Below, piece by piece: positions 46,406-55,570 of a stretch of 64,000 nucleotides of DNA. The DNA is from a virus. The notes beneath the pieces were generated by a model. The model was not told the origin of the DNA. It ran no database searches and saw only the letters and a list, made by a program, of their open reading frames with translations. Numbering within the stretch: the first letter of the stretch is position 1; the number at the start of each line of letters is the position of its first letter. Made by a program: the position numbers and the translations under genes. The stretch is from IMG/VR virus record IMGVR_UViG_3300029568_000166, positions 6,360 through 70,359 of that record; one strand, given 5' to 3'.

Positions 46406-47428
46406 TTACTCTACAGAACCAGGAGCTTTGTATTTTCCAACACTAAACCCAGGAATCTTGTATTTCTCAACTGTTTGATCCATACCAATAAATTCTACCG
46501 AATGTTTTATCTCCTCACACATGGTCATCGGGCAACCGTGAGGTGTTCTTTGATTATCTCTGTATTCTATTGCTGCGTCTGGGAAGTAATTCTTGCCAAA
46601 ATGGCAGAGTTTGCTACATTTCCAGGTTTTACTGAGAAGTGGACGCCTACAATTTTTAATTCTTTCAAATTTTTTCCTAAGCATATCCTCTGTTTCTTGC
46701 AACTGACTCTTATCATAACACATACTGAAAATTCCACCATCATTGATGAAATAGATACTTACAATAATGTGGTCAATTTCAGGATAGAGCCTACTTGCTG
46801 CATAATGATACATTCTGAGTTGAGGGTCTTTTTCCAGTTTACCGAATGTCTTCTCAGTCCCGGTAGCCCAGTCTAATCTTTTTCCTGTCTTGTAGTCAAT
46901 AATTTCTAGGGTATTTTCATTGGGCTGAGTAATCAGATCAATAGTGCCTTTTATGCTCAAATAGCCTTCCATATCGTCGCTGTATTTATAGTAGGCCCAA
47001 GGCTTCTCTATGGCAAGGTCAAATTTTTGTTCTGGCTGAACTATATTCTGGTTGCGAGGATCAAAGTTTCCACCCTGAATAGAGAGTGTTTTATCTACCC
47101 ATTTGTGACAGTGTTTGAGGTCCAACGATCTCCAATCAAGATTTGGACTATGAGAACTATAGTATTCATAAACTTTTTCTGTTATTTTTTCTACATCGTG
47201 GTTTATGGTATTGATCTCGCCAACAATATCGTCGGTGATACTAATTTCGCCTTTAGAGCAAGCTACAGACACATCAGCCAGTATTTCCATTACTTTATGA
47301 ACAACGGTGCCTTTTGCTGCTGCTTTACCAGCTTCACCACGAATACCCAGGCCGTATTCAATAAAATATTGTTGTTCACAAAGACTATGAGTATTATAGC
47401 TACTGCTTCTTAGGTAGGTAATTATCAT
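46406..47428 (-). CDS. PD-(D/E)xK nuclease (PDDEXK_1, RecB/Cas4-like exonuclease)
   Basis: KGTVVHKVME, IKGTIDLI, IIDYKTG, QLRMY; N- and C-terminal Cys residues (LCEQQY; CSKLC). Confidence 0.85.
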   Translation of the reverse strand: MIITYLRSSSYNTHSLCEQQYFIEYGLGIRGEAGKAAAKGTVVHKVMEILADVSVACSKGEISITDDIVGEINTINHDVEKITEKVYEYYSSHSPNLDWRSLDLKHCHKWVDKTLSIQGGNFDPRNQNIVQPEQKFDLAIEKPWAYYKYSDDMEGYLSIKGTIDLITQPNENTLEIIDYKTGKRLDWATGTEKTFGKLEKDPQLRMYHYAASRLYPEIDHIIVSIYFINDGGIFSMCYDKSQLQETEDMLRKKFERIKNCRRPLLSKTWKCSKLCHFGKNYFPDAAIEYRDNQRTPHGCPMTMCEEIKHSVEFIGMDQTVEKYKIPGFSVGKYKAPGSVE

Positions 47429-47997
47429 AGAATACCTTTTTCTGTAAGAATTCTCAGAAGAGTTTCATTTTTAGCCTCCAGATCCATAAAACCATTCTGA
47501 ATAGTCTTATCAAAGTTTAGTTCATCATAGTTCTTTCTGTCCAAGGCAGTCTCGCTCGCATGGTCAGATTTATACAGATCGCGGTTTAGTTTGATAACAA
47601 TGCCACCAGCATTTTTTACTGCCTCTACTTCATTGGGAAATCGGCAATCATCAATAACCGCTAAATCTTTGCCTTCTTTGATAATTCTTCGGATAGTAGC
47701 GTCGGCCCATACATTTGGTTGCATTGTGCGAAACCAATCAGTCCCTATAATCTGCATCACCTCTCGGCCAGAAAGTTGTTTTCCTTCCCATTGGCAATTT
47801 ACAAGTTCGTTTTTCTGTTCATCCGTGCCATAGCACTGCTCATAGGTCAAACCAAGAACATCAACACAAACCTTCTTTAGAGTATCAGCAAAAGCATATC
47901 GGCCAGAAGAACCGCTTCTGTAGTTTTCAAGCAAAAAATCTGCCGAACTACTCTTACCACTCTGTTTTCTTCCAGCAAACGCTACAATCTTTGTCAT
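47425..47997 (-). CDS. Deoxynucleoside monophosphate kinase (T4 gp1-like)
   Basis: AGRKQSGKS P-loop, FADTLK, REVMQIIGT, DDCRFPNE, HASE. Confidence 0.88.
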   Translation of the reverse strand: MTKIVAFAGRKQSGKSSSADFLLENYRSGSSGRYAFADTLKKVCVDVLGLTYEQCYGTDEQKNELVNCQWEGKQLSGREVMQIIGTDWFRTMQPNVWADATIRRIIKEGKDLAVIDDCRFPNEVEAVKNAGGIVIKLNRDLYKSDHASETALDRKNYDELNFDKTIQNGFMDLEAKNETLLRILTEKGIL

Positions 47998-49148
47998 ACA
48001 AGTTTCTCCAGTAATGGTTTGATTTCCTGATTTATTTCTTCTATGCTCATTTCCCCAATGTCTGCTTTAGAAAAAGTTGGGATATGTACATTATAGGTGT
48101 TTTTGCACTTCTCGGCAATCTTAGCAGCAGCCTTTTTGCCTGCGTCGTCGTTGTCTGTCAAAACTACTAGACTCATGGCTCCTGTACCATCCAACAAAAC
48201 CTTTTGTCTGTCGCTCATACTGGAACCATAAATAGCCACACTATTATGAATACCTGCTTCTTCAAGCCTCCACACATTACCTGGGCTTTCCACAATAATG
48301 GCGGTCATGCTTTCTAGTATATGTTTCTTGGCAAACCAATAGTTATACAAAGAATACTGGCTCTTAAAATCCTTACTATGCTTCCATTTTGCGTTCAACC
48401 ACAGATAGTTCTCGTCTGGACATCTGTTTTCTGGATCATGAAAAGATCCACAGGTGTCACATTTTTCAAAAACGCTTCTGCCACTAGAACCGATAATATA
48501 TTCGCCTTCGTTGTCGTAAATAGGCACAACAACCCTATTATACATGGGTTTTTTATCGTTTGTGCATAACCCGACATCATACTTCTCAAGTATTTCTGCT
48601 GAATAGCCTCTGTCTAGATAATATTGTGCAGGGATCTGAAGAGCTTGTGTCACATACTCTTTCTTAACTTTAGTTTGTGTTTCTTCCTGCTTGTTATTTA
48701 CATAGCTCATAACGCTAGTAAATGATTGTTTGTTACGATCTGCTCTATTGATACGAAGGTTGCTAAGGTCTTGCTTGGCAAACTTTTGAGCAAATTCTAG
48801 TGCCTCAGCGAATGTAACAGTTTGATCTCCGTCCTTTTCCCAGTTGTATTTTTTGTTGCTTAATACCCCTCGGATAAAACCAATAAGAGAAGGCTTGAAT
48901 ACCTCCTCACAAGAATGTGTGCGACACTTCCAGTTTCCTCTGTATGTATCGCCATCTGGATATAGGCTGATAGCACTAGGATTATCGCCTCCATGAATAG
49001 GGCAACAACCAGTTATCATTTTACCGTTTTCTTTGTATTCCAAATCCAGATAGTCAAACAAGCTCTCTATGTCATCACACAGAATATCACAGAGCATCTT
49101 GATCTTTGACTGATCAATTGAACGGGATTTCTTCGTCCTCGTGTTCAT
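47994..49148 (-). CDS. dnaG: DNA primase (Zn-finger plus TOPRIM)
   Basis: CPIHGGDNPS...WKCRTHSC zinc-binding domain; IIVES; TDNDDAG (DxD). Confidence 0.88.
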   Translation of the reverse strand: MNTRTKKSRSIDQSKIKMLCDILCDDIESLFDYLDLEYKENGKMITGCCPIHGGDNPSAISLYPDGDTYRGNWKCRTHSCEEVFKPSLIGFIRGVLSNKKYNWEKDGDQTVTFAEALEFAQKFAKQDLSNLRINRADRNKQSFTSVMSYVNNKQEETQTKVKKEYVTQALQIPAQYYLDRGYSAEILEKYDVGLCTNDKKPMYNRVVVPIYDNEGEYIIGSSGRSVFEKCDTCGSFHDPENRCPDENYLWLNAKWKHSKDFKSQYSLYNYWFAKKHILESMTAIIVESPGNVWRLEEAGIHNSVAIYGSSMSDRQKVLLDGTGAMSLVVLTDNDDAGKKAAAKIAEKCKNTYNVHIPTFSKADIGEMSIEEINQEIKPLLEKLV

Positions 49149-50559
49149 CTACAACAAATCCTTCATCGTCGTCCTTAGAGTTATTCATCAATTCCAAACG
49201 TGTTTTGCCTTCCGTGATCTTGGCACACCAACCTTTCATGTGGCAGTTGATGTAGTCGTTGTCATCCAATCCTCCTCCGTGTCTTGCGATAAGAGGAACA
49301 AGTTTCCTGTTTCCGTTCTTTGCTCCGTCTTCTGCTATTTCTTCGTCGCTCTTTCTTTTGAAGATCGTGAAGTTGGAACATAGCCAGATGATACGGTCTG
49401 AACCGCTCGCTGAATCCGTCGATTCTTTCGTTATACCGTCTCGGTTTAACTGGATGAAGGCTACGATAGGAACTTTAAACTTGACCGCGAAATTGTGGAG
49501 TTGGGTCATCATAAAGCCCAAGACCTGATACTCTTTCAAGTCCTGCGTCATTCCAGCAGTATCCATCAACTTCAAATAGTCATAAAAGATAACGCAGTCC
49601 TTTGCCGTACCATCATCGTTTAACCCAACTTCTTTGACTAACCATCTCTTCATAATGCTGATCTGGTCTTCAAACGCTTTACCAGCAATAGTTTTATGAA
49701 AAAGTTTACCGTCTTTGAGTTGTTTGGCGGCTTCATAGATCTTTCTGGCTTCATCTGGAGTATCAGCATACTTTCCTGTTTCAATCTTGCTGATCTCTGT
49801 CTCGGTCATCATAGCAAGAACCCGATGGATGTGATCCTGCTTGGTCATTTCTGTATCCATGTTTAATACAGGAATGCCTTGAGAAGCGATGTATTGACCC
49901 ATGTTATCAGAAAGAAGAGTTTTACCTGTCTTTGGGCGAGCACCGATAACATTTACTGTGCCTTTTCTCAAGCCTCCGCCGATAGCCTTATCATAAACCG
50001 GAAAACCAGTAGGAATACCAACTTGATCTATGGGATTTTCTTCAAGTTCTTTTAGGTATTCTTCCAAACCATTAGCGATATGCTCTGGTGCTTCGTCACT
50101 ATCGTTGAGCAGGTTAGTGAAGTTGAATACGGTGTCTTCTGCAATACTGAGAATAGAGCCTATATTCTCTGATCCGTTAACTTCTAATAGTTTGTCTTGT
50201 GCTAGTTCTAGTTGTTTTCTGAGAAGTCTAGCAATCTCTAGTTTTCTGATCTTTGCGGCAAACTTGCGAACATTACTGAAGTTCACAGGAAAATCAACAA
50301 TAGCACGAAGATGTTGTGCTTCCTGCTTTTTATGCAGAATAGAGGCTACCTCAAGTTCTTCCGCTACAGAGTAAACACTGGCAACATCAACCTCAGAGCC
50401 TTTATCGCAGAGATGCTTTAGACACTTGTAGATAATAACATTACTATCAATAGTAAATGATGACTCACTAACAATGTCTGATACTTCTAGATAAGCGTTC
50501 TCTCCATAAGAGAAAATACCTGCTAGAACTGCTCTTTCTGCTGATGGATCACTTAGCAT
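49114..50559 (-). CDS. dnaB: Replicative DNA helicase (DnaB-like)
   Basis: SDPSAERAVLA start, GARPKTGKT, FYDYL, IQLNR. Confidence 0.92.
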   Translation of the reverse strand: MLSDPSAERAVLAGIFSYGENAYLEVSDIVSESSFTIDSNVIIYKCLKHLCDKGSEVDVASVYSVAEELEVASILHKKQEAQHLRAIVDFPVNFSNVRKFAAKIRKLEIARLLRKQLELAQDKLLEVNGSENIGSILSIAEDTVFNFTNLLNDSDEAPEHIANGLEEYLKELEENPIDQVGIPTGFPVYDKAIGGGLRKGTVNVIGARPKTGKTLLSDNMGQYIASQGIPVLNMDTEMTKQDHIHRVLAMMTETEISKIETGKYADTPDEARKIYEAAKQLKDGKLFHKTIAGKAFEDQISIMKRWLVKEVGLNDDGTAKDCVIFYDYLKLMDTAGMTQDLKEYQVLGFMMTQLHNFAVKFKVPIVAFIQLNRDGITKESTDSASGSDRIIWLCSNFTIFKRKSDEEIAEDGAKNGNRKLVPLIARHGGGLDDNDYINCHMKGWCAKITEGKTRLELMNNSKDDDEGFVVDEHEDEEIPFN

Positions 50560-50562
50560 AAG

Positions 50563-50934
50563 TTAACCTGATGATGAAGCGCATTTGTTACACTTGTATC
50601 TTTCAACACTTTCAACCAACGCGCTGCTAACCTCTTGATTTGTACCACACACTCTGCATCTAACACTCATCATAGATGATGGGCGTGCTCTGTCCGATGG
50701 TCTATTATTTCCCCAAAGTTTTTTGTCTATTTCTGTGTCGCTCTTGTGCATGTTTCGTTCAGACATAGTATCAAACTTGTTGGGTTTGCCTTTGGTCTTA
50801 CGAACAGCCTTCTTTTTCTTCTGAGTAGTCTGGACCGGAGACTCCTCTTCATATTGTAGTTCTTCTTCGTCGTCTGTCAAGCCCTTTTGCAAAATTGCGA
50901 TGAGGGCCATGATGTCTTCCTTCTCAAGAGCCAT
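50563..50934 (-). CDS. Hypothetical protein (123 aa) with C-terminal Zn ribbon
   Basis: CRVC...CNKC motifs. Confidence 0.65.
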   Translation of the reverse strand: MALEKEDIMALIAILQKGLTDDEEELQYEEESPVQTTQKKKKAVRKTKGKPNKFDTMSERNMHKSDTEIDKKLWGNNRPSDRARPSSMMSVRCRVCGTNQEVSSALVESVERYKCNKCASSSG

Positions 50935-51406
50935 GTTTCACCTTTGTTCTTTGGATTGAAAGTAAAATGTCTGATAAATTTTTTAGATTATTCGCTAAAA
51001 ATCCTAGCCTATCCATTCTTTGCTTAGCATACTTCTTGATGCTATTTAGAGTAGATGCTTTTGTATTTCCGGTTATAGCCTGATAACTTTTTTCAACATA
51101 ACCATATCCCTTATAGTTGTTGATCTCGTTTGCAATCACTTCCTTGATAGTTTCTTCTGCCCAATTGTGTCTCGCCTGCTCTCTATTCAATGTTCGTTGA
51201 ATGTGAAAAGCAAATTGACCAAGACGCATACTGATCTGGGCACAATCTTCAGGTGCCAGTTTTTCAATCGCATCTCGGTTCATTGTGAGATAATCTTGCA
51301 GTTCGTCTTCAGAAAAGCTGTCGGCAGCATAAACTGGCATACCGATACCTTGTTCGTATTCATCCAGAACCTTATCCCAATGGGCGACCTGTTCTTTACT
51401 GTTCAT
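50924..51406 (-). CDS. Hypothetical helical protein (160 aa), possibly UvsY-like mediator
   Basis: GGAGG RBS before ATG 51406; all-helical, near recA. Function is speculative. Confidence 0.55.
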   Translation of the reverse strand: MNSKEQVAHWDKVLDEYEQGIGMPVYAADSFSEDELQDYLTMNRDAIEKLAPEDCAQISMRLGQFAFHIQRTLNREQARHNWAEETIKEVIANEINNYKGYGYVEKSYQAITGNTKASTLNSIKKYAKQRMDRLGFLANNLKNLSDILLSIQRTKVKHGS

Positions 51407-51800
51407 GCAGAATACTCCTCCATTCCTCATCCGATCCATCAAAAGGAAAAACTATATGCGTTATACCGTTCTGTTCGCACCATTCCTTCTTCTCTACGTC
51501 TCTCTTCTTTGCTTTAACAAAACTTACCATGTTTGTGTGGTAGAAAGGAATAAATTTGTAGTGCTGTTCTCCGTGAACTTCAACGCAAATCTTCTTGAGA
51601 GGTAAGTAAAAATCCATGTATAAGGTCACACCTTTTTTGAGAGGCATGGACACCTCTTCGAGTATTTGTAGAGTCGGATACTCCTCTTTTAGAAGTGCTC
51701 GTGCTCTCAAATGCAGGTCAGACTTGTTGGCTGTGCCATAAGCTACGTTGCCAGTAAGTAACCAGTTAAGATTATTACCATCTAGATCTTTTATTAACAT
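51396..51800 (-). CDS. Small DUF559/Vsr-like nuclease (134 aa)
   Basis: MDFYLPLKKICVEVHGEQH, RDVEKKEWCEQNGI. Confidence 0.75.
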   Translation of the reverse strand: MLIKDLDGNNLNWLLTGNVAYGTANKSDLHLRARALLKEEYPTLQILEEVSMPLKKGVTLYMDFYLPLKKICVEVHGEQHYKFIPFYHTNMVSFVKAKKRDVEKKEWCEQNGITHIVFPFDGSDEEWRSILHEQ

Positions 51801-52816
51801 TTTACCCCCATCATTTCCTTGACTTGTTTTAATAAATCTTCGTAAACTTCTGGGTTTTTAGCAACATACTGCTTTACTTTCTCAACACCCTGAAACTTTG
51901 GTTTGTCTTCCAAATGCTCAAGCGTAAACCATGCTCCAGCCTTCTTGATGATACCAAAGTCAGTAGCAAGATTCACAACTTCTGTTTCCTTGTCAATCCC
52001 AATGCCATAACGAATGTAACTTGTCATACTCGCTCCAGGCGCACCAAGAGCAGAGCATACAACCTGCCACTCAACTTCTTGACCAACAGGAGTAGTATCA
52101 CTACCAATCGTCCAAGGACTAAACTTCTTTGCTCTCATCTTGATATCAGTCTGATAAGCAATAGCCTGTCCACTCTTTTCCTTAAACTCAGCACCATAGC
52201 CAGTAGGATTACCCATCAAATGAGTAATACCAATAACAATATTTTTATTAACAGGAATAACATTAGCCACCTTTCTGCAAAACTTAGCAAGCAGTTTGGC
52301 TCCGTCCGCTCTCTGCATCTTGTTCATATCACTTGTAATCTCTGCTTCCGTACAGAGAGCCGAATAACTATCAATAATCACCACACTACCAGGAACTTCA
52401 TTAATCAGTTTCTCAGCAATCTGCAGATACTCTTCAGCATGAAGAATCTTGCCTTGTTGACTTCCGATCACATGAAACTTGTCAGGGTTTAGATGAGGTA
52501 TTCCCTCAAGGTCACGCTTTTTCAGCCTACCCTCGATGTTCAGGTAATACACCTCACGCCCGTCCTTGAAACTGTCATAGCCATACTTTGGGTCTTGTGC
52601 TGTTGCAGCAAGATAGAGTGACGTGGTAGTTTTGCCACACTTTGGCTGTCCTGTGAGAACAACAAAACTTCCTTCTGGAACTCCTCCGTTCAATAGAATA
52701 TCTATTACCGGACTTACTGGAACGATCACACTCTTGGTATCAATAATGTTATTACCGCTAAGGATAATTTTGTCACCAAAAGTTTTTGTGATGTCTTTCT
52801 CTATTGCGCTACTCAT
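51794..52816 (-). CDS. recA: RecA/UvsX-like recombinase
   Basis: GQPKCGKTT, VIIDSYSAL, SGQAIAYQ, IIKKAGAWF. Confidence 0.9.
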   Translation of the reverse strand: MSSAIEKDITKTFGDKIILSGNNIIDTKSVIVPVSPVIDILLNGGVPEGSFVVLTGQPKCGKTTTSLYLAATAQDPKYGYDSFKDGREVYYLNIEGRLKKRDLEGIPHLNPDKFHVIGSQQGKILHAEEYLQIAEKLINEVPGSVVIIDSYSALCTEAEITSDMNKMQRADGAKLLAKFCRKVANVIPVNKNIVIGITHLMGNPTGYGAEFKEKSGQAIAYQTDIKMRAKKFSPWTIGSDTTPVGQEVEWQVVCSALGAPGASMTSYIRYGIGIDKETEVVNLATDFGIIKKAGAWFTLEHLEDKPKFQGVEKVKQYVAKNPEVYEDLLKQVKEMMGVKC

Positions 52817-53222
52817 CTAAGTCCCTCAGTTTTGAAATAATGTTCTTCTTAACTTTCTTTTGAGCAAACTTGACTTCTTGTTTTCTCTCATAAGTTTGCG
52901 TCAACTCCTCGCTTTGGCTTGCCAGAATCTTCTCATACTCCTCTATAATAGGGTACAAAAAGGTGGCCCGCAACGAAAAAATCTTCCGACCCCTCGGGTC
53001 GTTTAAGGCTTTGATAATGGCTTTAGGGTTGTATTTTTTGACAAGTTTATTCGCTGCCGGAATTTGTCCTTTATAATGCTTTTGCCATTTATCACTTGTC
53101 CAGAATCTATAATGAAGATCCATTTGGTTCTGCCGAGCCCAATTCTCACAAATTATTTCTGTGATATACTGGGCGGCAGTAACCTCTTTACCATTAGAAT
53201 ACTTTGAAATGTATTTCTCCAT
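52809..53222 (-). CDS. Hypothetical protein (137 aa)
   Basis: Start reassigned to ATG 53222, giving a TGATG overlap with the upstream gene. Confidence 0.65.
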   Translation of the reverse strand: MEKYISKYSNGKEVTAAQYITEIICENWARQNQMDLHYRFWTSDKWQKHYKGQIPAANKLVKKYNPKAIIKALNDPRGRKIFSLRATFLYPIIEEYEKILASQSEELTQTYERKQEVKFAQKKVKKNIISKLRDLDE

Positions 53223-53509
53223 CACCCATTTGGCCTGAAGATTACATCTGCTCTCTTGGGTGGACATGCTTTGATCTCGTCTCCTATAGACGACCCTTCT
53301 TTGGTAAGAATAGCTGTGCCCTCGTGTTGAGCATCAAAAGACAAATCTTTCTTGGAGGGAACTTGAACTGGCTCTGGGTTGTCTTCCAAAACCTTAGATA
53401 CTGTTTCTACGGTAAGACCAAGTTCCTCAGAAATATCTTCTGTTGACTTTCCTTCATTTCTCAAGTATAGAACTGAGTATTCCTTAGCCTTACTAATCTT
53501 TAAACCCAT
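53222..53509 (-). CDS. Small HTH-containing protein (95 aa)
   Basis: GKSTEDISEELGLTVETVSKVL helix-turn-helix pattern. Confidence 0.6.
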   Translation of the reverse strand: MGLKISKAKEYSVLYLRNEGKSTEDISEELGLTVETVSKVLEDNPEPVQVPSKKDLSFDAQHEGTAILTKEGSSIGDEIKACPPKRADVIFRPNG

Positions 53510-53925
53510 TATGATAACTCCCTTTCTGCGTTATTTAACCACGCTACATTCTTGGTCTTCAAAAAACTAATGTATAACTCAAAAACTCTGAGGCTCACTT
53601 TTTTGAACTGAAACTCATTTGCTCCAATCATTTTGTTGAACCTTTTGTGTTGTCCTTCTGTATACATTCCTGTTGGATTATACAGTTTGCCGTATCTATT
53701 GGATTTTACAAAATAGTTTGTGCCACCATGTTCTGAATCTTTTGCTTGTGCATAAATCTTATCAGACTTTGAGCTTACTCTTGAATAGCCGTCATCATCA
53801 ATCCATTCCTGGTTACCAAAGCAAGTATAGTATTTGTTTGTGTCTTGTTCAGGAGCATGTTCTTCTGTTGTTTTGTCAGACCTGTAAATAAAATCGCTGA
53901 TGTTTACCTGTTCTCTCATGTCCAC
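53509..53925 (-). CDS. Hypothetical protein (138 aa)
   Basis: ORF coupled to neighbours; no motif recognised. Confidence 0.6.
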   Translation of the reverse strand: MDMREQVNISDFIYRSDKTTEEHAPEQDTNKYYTCFGNQEWIDDDGYSRVSSKSDKIYAQAKDSEHGGTNYFVKSNRYGKLYNPTGMYTEGQHKRFNKMIGANEFQFKKVSLRVFELYISFLKTKNVAWLNNAERELS

Positions 53926-54257
53926 TTTACTCCTTTGGTTTTCTTCATTCTTGTCATGCCCTTTGGTAATGTGTTCGTTGATGGGGTTTCTTTATAAGCG
54001 TTGTGTTTTTCGTGTAAATGTGCTTTGTAGTCATCGCTAAATTTTTCACTGTTTCTTCTCGCCAAGTCTCCAATAGTTTTTAGCTCTGAATCTGCTTTTC
54101 TAACAGAGCCATTCAGAGTCAAGAGGTCGTCTACATACATTCTGTGGGCTTGACGCTTGCATTCAGAGCATTTTACAGTGTCCTTATAGTCTGCGATACT
54201 AGAAAAAATCTCAAAAACATTTTCGCATTTTGAGCACTGATAGGTATAGGTTGGCAT
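53916..54257 (-). CDS. FmdB-family zinc-ribbon protein
   Basis: MPTYTYQCSKC...FE...CSEC. Confidence 0.85.
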   Translation of the reverse strand: MPTYTYQCSKCENVFEIFSSIADYKDTVKCSECKRQAHRMYVDDLLTLNGSVRKADSELKTIGDLARRNSEKFSDDYKAHLHEKHNAYKETPSTNTLPKGMTRMKKTKGVKWT

Positions 54258-54258
54258 C

Positions 54259-54816
54259 TTAAAATTCCGGTAAGTAGAGTTTCCATTCCTCGGGGACTTC
54301 CTTTATAGTAGCCAGATAGTCATAGATCGGCAAGTAGCGGAGCCGTTTTTCTGGTTTTACTGGTATTTTTAGCAGGGGCATACCTGCCTGTTTGGGGGTT
54401 CGGTTTCCTTTGTGGGAATTACAGCGTACACAAGCGGTCACAATGTTTGTCCAGTTTGTAGGACCATTCTGTGACTTGGGTATTACATGGTCATATGTCA
54501 AATTTCCATGATCAAAACCTTTGCCACAATATTGACAAGTGTATTCATCTCTAATAAAAATGTTTTTACGAGCAAAAGTAATCTGGCTCAGATTGGTCTT
54601 GAAAAAACGATTAGTTTTCGCAACAGCAGGAATTGGATAGTTCTTTCCTCCTGCTGTGCGGATGTGGTCGTTCTTATAAAAATCTATTATCTCTATGCCA
54701 TAACTATTATTATTCTGGTATTTGATACTCCATACAATAGCCCTCTTCCAACTCATAAGTGTGAGAGGAGTATAGTCTACATTCAATAGCAGGCATTTAG
54801 TATGGTTTGTTCTCAT
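54259..54816 (-). CDS. HNH endonuclease
   Basis: RKNIFIRDEYTCQYCG, TYDHVIPKS, NIVTACVRCNSHKG; N-terminal LLLNVDYTPL. Confidence 0.92.
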   Translation of the reverse strand: MRTNHTKCLLLNVDYTPLTLMSWKRAIVWSIKYQNNNSYGIEIIDFYKNDHIRTAGGKNYPIPAVAKTNRFFKTNLSQITFARKNIFIRDEYTCQYCGKGFDHGNLTYDHVIPKSQNGPTNWTNIVTACVRCNSHKGNRTPKQAGMPLLKIPVKPEKRLRYLPIYDYLATIKEVPEEWKLYLPEF

Positions 54817-55552
54817 ATTCTTCAAGTTTGTCAAGAATTCTACCGATGATCGGGTTTCTTATTATATCGCAGGCTTCTAGGAAAGCAAGCCCTACACCTT
54901 CAACATCTGGCAGTCTTTCCATTAGTTTTATAAAGCCGCCCTTTTGGTGCCTATTCAGGTCGGTCTGAGCAGCATCTCCGGTCAAGACCATTGTGCTGTC
55001 GTTACCAATTCTGGTGATAAGCATCTTTAACTGCTCGTATGTAGCGTTCTGACATTCATCAGCCACAATAAAACATTTATGAAAATTCCTTCCTCTCATC
55101 AAACCAAGAGGCACTATTTCTATTTTATTCTCATTTCTAAGACGAGCATAATCAGCCATGCTAATAAAATGATTGATCTCATCTAGAATAGGAATAAGAT
55201 AAGGATGTAGTTTTTCCTCTGCTGATCCAGGCAAAAAGCCGAGCCTTTCGCCAGCCTCAACAACAGGTCTGGTGATAACTATTTTTTCAACTTTGTCTTT
55301 TAGAAGCCACTCCATAGCCAAACCTATTGCTATGTGAGTTTTTCCTGTTCCTGCTATTCCCTGACAAAACGTAATATCGTTTTCGCAGATGGTTCTGATG
55401 AGTTCTTTTTGATTGTCTGTTTTAGCAATAAGCCTATTGACGAACTGTATCTCAGGAACTTCTGGAATAATAACTTTAGTTACGTCTACAAACTTTGCTC
55501 GCTTACTCGTCTTGCTGCTCGCAGGACGAGTTTTGTTTGGTTTTCTGCTCAA
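54797..55552 (-). CDS. phoH: PhoH-like ATPase
   Basis: GIAGTGKT, RPVVEAGERLGFLPG, MRGR, DECQN, GDAAQTDL. Confidence 0.95.
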   Translation of the reverse strand: MSRKPNKTRPASSKTSKRAKFVDVTKVIIPEVPEIQFVNRLIAKTDNQKELIRTICENDITFCQGIAGTGKTHIAIGLAMEWLLKDKVEKIVITRPVVEAGERLGFLPGSAEEKLHPYLIPILDEINHFISMADYARLRNENKIEIVPLGLMRGRNFHKCFIVADECQNATYEQLKMLITRIGNDSTMVLTGDAAQTDLNRHQKGGFIKLMERLPDVEGVGLAFLEACDIIRNPIIGRILDKLEEYENKPY

Positions 55553-55570
55553 GATGTGTACCTCTAATGA

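Noticed and set aside
46406-47428. Cas4-like nuclease as sign of a CRISPR system
   Set aside because: No repeat-spacer array or other cas genes were seen; stand-alone PD-(D/E)xK exonucleases are common in phage replication modules.
51914-52492. 192-aa + strand ORF
   Set aside because: Antisense to recA, which has clear motifs.
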